From Thermoplasmata archaeon (lineage in GTDB: Archaea; Thermoplasmatota; Thermoplasmata; Lutacidiplasmatales; UBA184), in contig DATKQS010000004.1 in NCBI GenBank assembly GCA_035532555.1, forward strand, positions 2,425 through 66,424: a stretch of 64,000 nt of DNA, in the 5' to 3' direction. Below the pieces are notes generated by a model. The model saw nothing but the letters and a program-made list of their open reading frames with translations, was not told where the DNA came from and ran no database searches. This document shows positions 62,757-64,000 of this stretch, in pieces; positions within the stretch are counted from its first letter, which is position 1; each line of letters starts with the position of its first letter. The translations under genes were made by a program, and so were the position numbers.

Positions 62757-64000
62757 ATGGCCGACGCCACCGAAGCCCCGCGCAAGACCCTCGCCTCCAT
62801 CGACGAGATGGAAACGACGGCCGACATTCCCATCCCGACGGATCCGCTCGATCGCGTGATCGGCCAGGAGAAGGCGGTCGAGATCGCGCGCATCGCGGCC
62901 TACCAGCACCGGCATCTCCTCCTCGTCGGCCCCGCCGGCATCGGCAAGTCGATGACGGCGCAGGCGCTCGCCCTCCATCTGGAGCGACCGCGGACCGAGC
63001 TGCGCATCGTGCACAACCCGGAGAACCCGGAACGCCCGACCGTCGAGGTCGTGACCCGGGAGGAAGCCTACCGCGAGCGGGAGGCCGAACGCACAACGGA
63101 GGGCGAGCTCATCGATCCCCGGGAGGCCCCCGCGTCCGTGGCCGAGCGGCTCGGCTACCGCTGCTCGCGGTGCGGCTTCTACTCGCTGCCGGCGGAGCGG
63201 TTCTGCCCGAGCTGCAGCAATCCCAAGGCCAGCACCCCACCCGGCACCGGGACGGGCAACCCCTTCCGCGACATCGTCGGAGGGCTCCTCGAGATCACCG
63301 TCAATCCGACCGGGAACCTTCCCGAGCCGGTCCGCACCACCCGAACCCGCAACGGAGTGGAGGAGGTCGTCGCCTACGAGCGCGCCGGCGAAAAGATCAA
63401 GGTCCTCGACCAACGCGCGCTGGAGCGTCGACGGGAGCAGCAGCGCGAGAGCCCGCGCAAGGTCCTCGTGAAGCTCGACCGCAACACGTTCGTGATGGCG
63501 ACCGGCGCGAGCGAGACCGAGCTCCTGGGCGACGTGCGGCACGATCCGTACGGCGGCCACCCCCAGCTCGGCTCCCCGCCGTACGAGCGGGTCATCCCCG
63601 GCGCGATCCACGAGGCGCACGAGGGGGTGCTGTTCCTGGACGAGCTCCCGCACCTCGGCTACCTGCAGCGGCACATCCTGACCGCGATGCAGGAGAAGCG
63701 CTTCCCCATCACGGGACGCAATCCGCAGTCGGCGGGCGCGTCGGTCCGGGTCGATGCCGTTCCGTGCGACTTCATCCTCGTCGCGGCGGCCAACATCCAG
63801 GACATGCACCGCATCCTCTCGCCGCTGCGCTCGCGGATCGCCGGCGGCGGCTACGAGGTCCTCCTCGAGACCGCGATGCCCGACACCCCGGCGAACCGCC
63901 TGAAGCTCGCCCAGTTCTGCGCGCAGGAGATCGCGGCCGACGGACGGATCCGCCCGGCCTCCCGCGAAGCCGTCGAACTGCTCGTCCAAGAGGCGCGTCG
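62757..64000 (+). CDS. Lon-family (LonB/COG1067-type) AAA+ ATPase, N-terminal ~414 codons; continues beyond the window end
   Basis: Not in the ORF track because there is no stop inside the window. Hand translation gives MADATEAPRKTLASIDEMETTADIPIPTDPLDRVIGQEKAVEIARIAAYQHRHLLLVGPAGIGKSM..., then LLGDVRHDPYGG and GAIHEAHEGVLFLDEL (Walker B). The listed minus ORF 62727..63989 is its shadow. Confidence 0.85.
   Translation, partial: MADATEAPRKTLASIDEMETTADIPIPTDPLDRVIGQEKAVEIARIAAYQHRHLLLVGPAGIGKSMTAQALALHLERPRTELRIVHNPENPERPTVEVVTREEAYREREAERTTEGELIDPREAPASVAERLGYRCSRCGFYSLPAERFCPSCSNPKASTPPGTGTGNPFRDIVGGLLEITVNPTGNLPEPVRTTRTRNGVEEVVAYERAGEKIKVLDQRALERRREQQRESPRKVLVKLDRNTFVMATGASETELLGDVRHDPYGGHPQLGSPPYERVIPGAIHEAHEGVLFLDELPHLGYLQRHILTAMQEKRFPITGRNPQSAGASVRVDAVPCDFILVAAANIQDMHRILSPLRSRIAGGGYEVLLETAMPDTPANRLKLAQFCAQEIAADGRIRPASREAVELLVQEAR

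Noticed and set aside
62727-63989. 420-aa minus-strand ORF
   Set aside because: It is the shadow of the + strand Lon-family gene, which has clear Walker A/B and LonB-type motifs and runs off the window end.
1-64000. CRISPR arrays, transposases, integrases, prophage or toxin-antitoxin modules
   Set aside because: I looked for regularly spaced direct repeats and for mobile-element or defence signatures and found none. The window reads as conserved core chromosome.

Overview
This is a GC-rich archaeal chromosomal segment. Third codon positions are almost all G/C, and long Arg/Gly/Pro-rich shadow ORFs lie antisense to the real genes. It is tightly packed with about 70 protein genes, many joined by 4-nt start/stop overlaps, plus one tRNA. 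I saw no rRNA, CRISPR array, transposase or integrase.

The gene content suggests an aerobic euryarchaeon, possibly Thermoplasmatota-like. The evidence is RadB, the PolD small subunit, two-subunit 2-oxoacid:ferredoxin oxidoreductase, GLPxGTxW thermopsin-type repeats, and a SoxM-like oxidase with blue copper proteins. This is inference only; no database search was possible.

Main blocks:
- Proteasome/exosome superoperon (psmA, SBDS, rrp4, rrp41, rrp42, L37Ae, rpoP), 1.3-5.7 kb.
- A large surface-anchored solute-binding-like protein, 5.7-9.0 kb.
- RNase J-like nuclease, radB and ogt, 9.0-11.8 kb.
- S12-S7-aEF2, 11.9-15.3 kb.
- udg and polB, 15.4-18.5 kb.
- Metabolic genes (purM, pyrC, korAB, moaDE, ADP-forming acetyl-CoA synthetase), 19.5-28.6 kb.
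- Translation and RNA genes (GPN GTPase, SRP19, S8e, RNase HII, rlmE, tRNA-Pro), 30.6-36.5 kb.
- A respiratory cluster on the minus strand (tatA, tatC, tatB-like, Rieske, cytochrome b, oxidase subunit I, ctaA, ctaB), 37.6-45.5 kb, followed by an AbrB-PhoU regulator, two cupredoxins and oxidase subunit II.
- A translationally coupled XPD / sugar kinase / SIS / CBS-ParB operon, 49.5-54.0 kb.
- mdh, panE, pgk, cutA, PolD-DP1, dnaG and a Lon-family AAA+ protein that runs off the window end.

Most of the window is ordinary core genome. The observations most worth a second look:
1. A low-GC convergent spacer packed with ACTAC-N5-GTAGT palindromes. It shares an exact 13-mer with an operator-like site in front of the AbrB-PhoU gene, and related CGTACG / CTACG..CGTAG motifs occur in the promoters of the respiratory genes.
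2. The XPD / GHMP kinase / GmhA / CBS-ParB operon.
3. Two places where a +1 shift exactly at a stop codon would fuse adjacent ORFs (oxidase subunit II and a coiled-coil pair).
4. A roughly 480-nt non-coding, hairpin-dense region upstream of dnaG.

All functional calls come from motif recognition by eye and synteny, not from searches.
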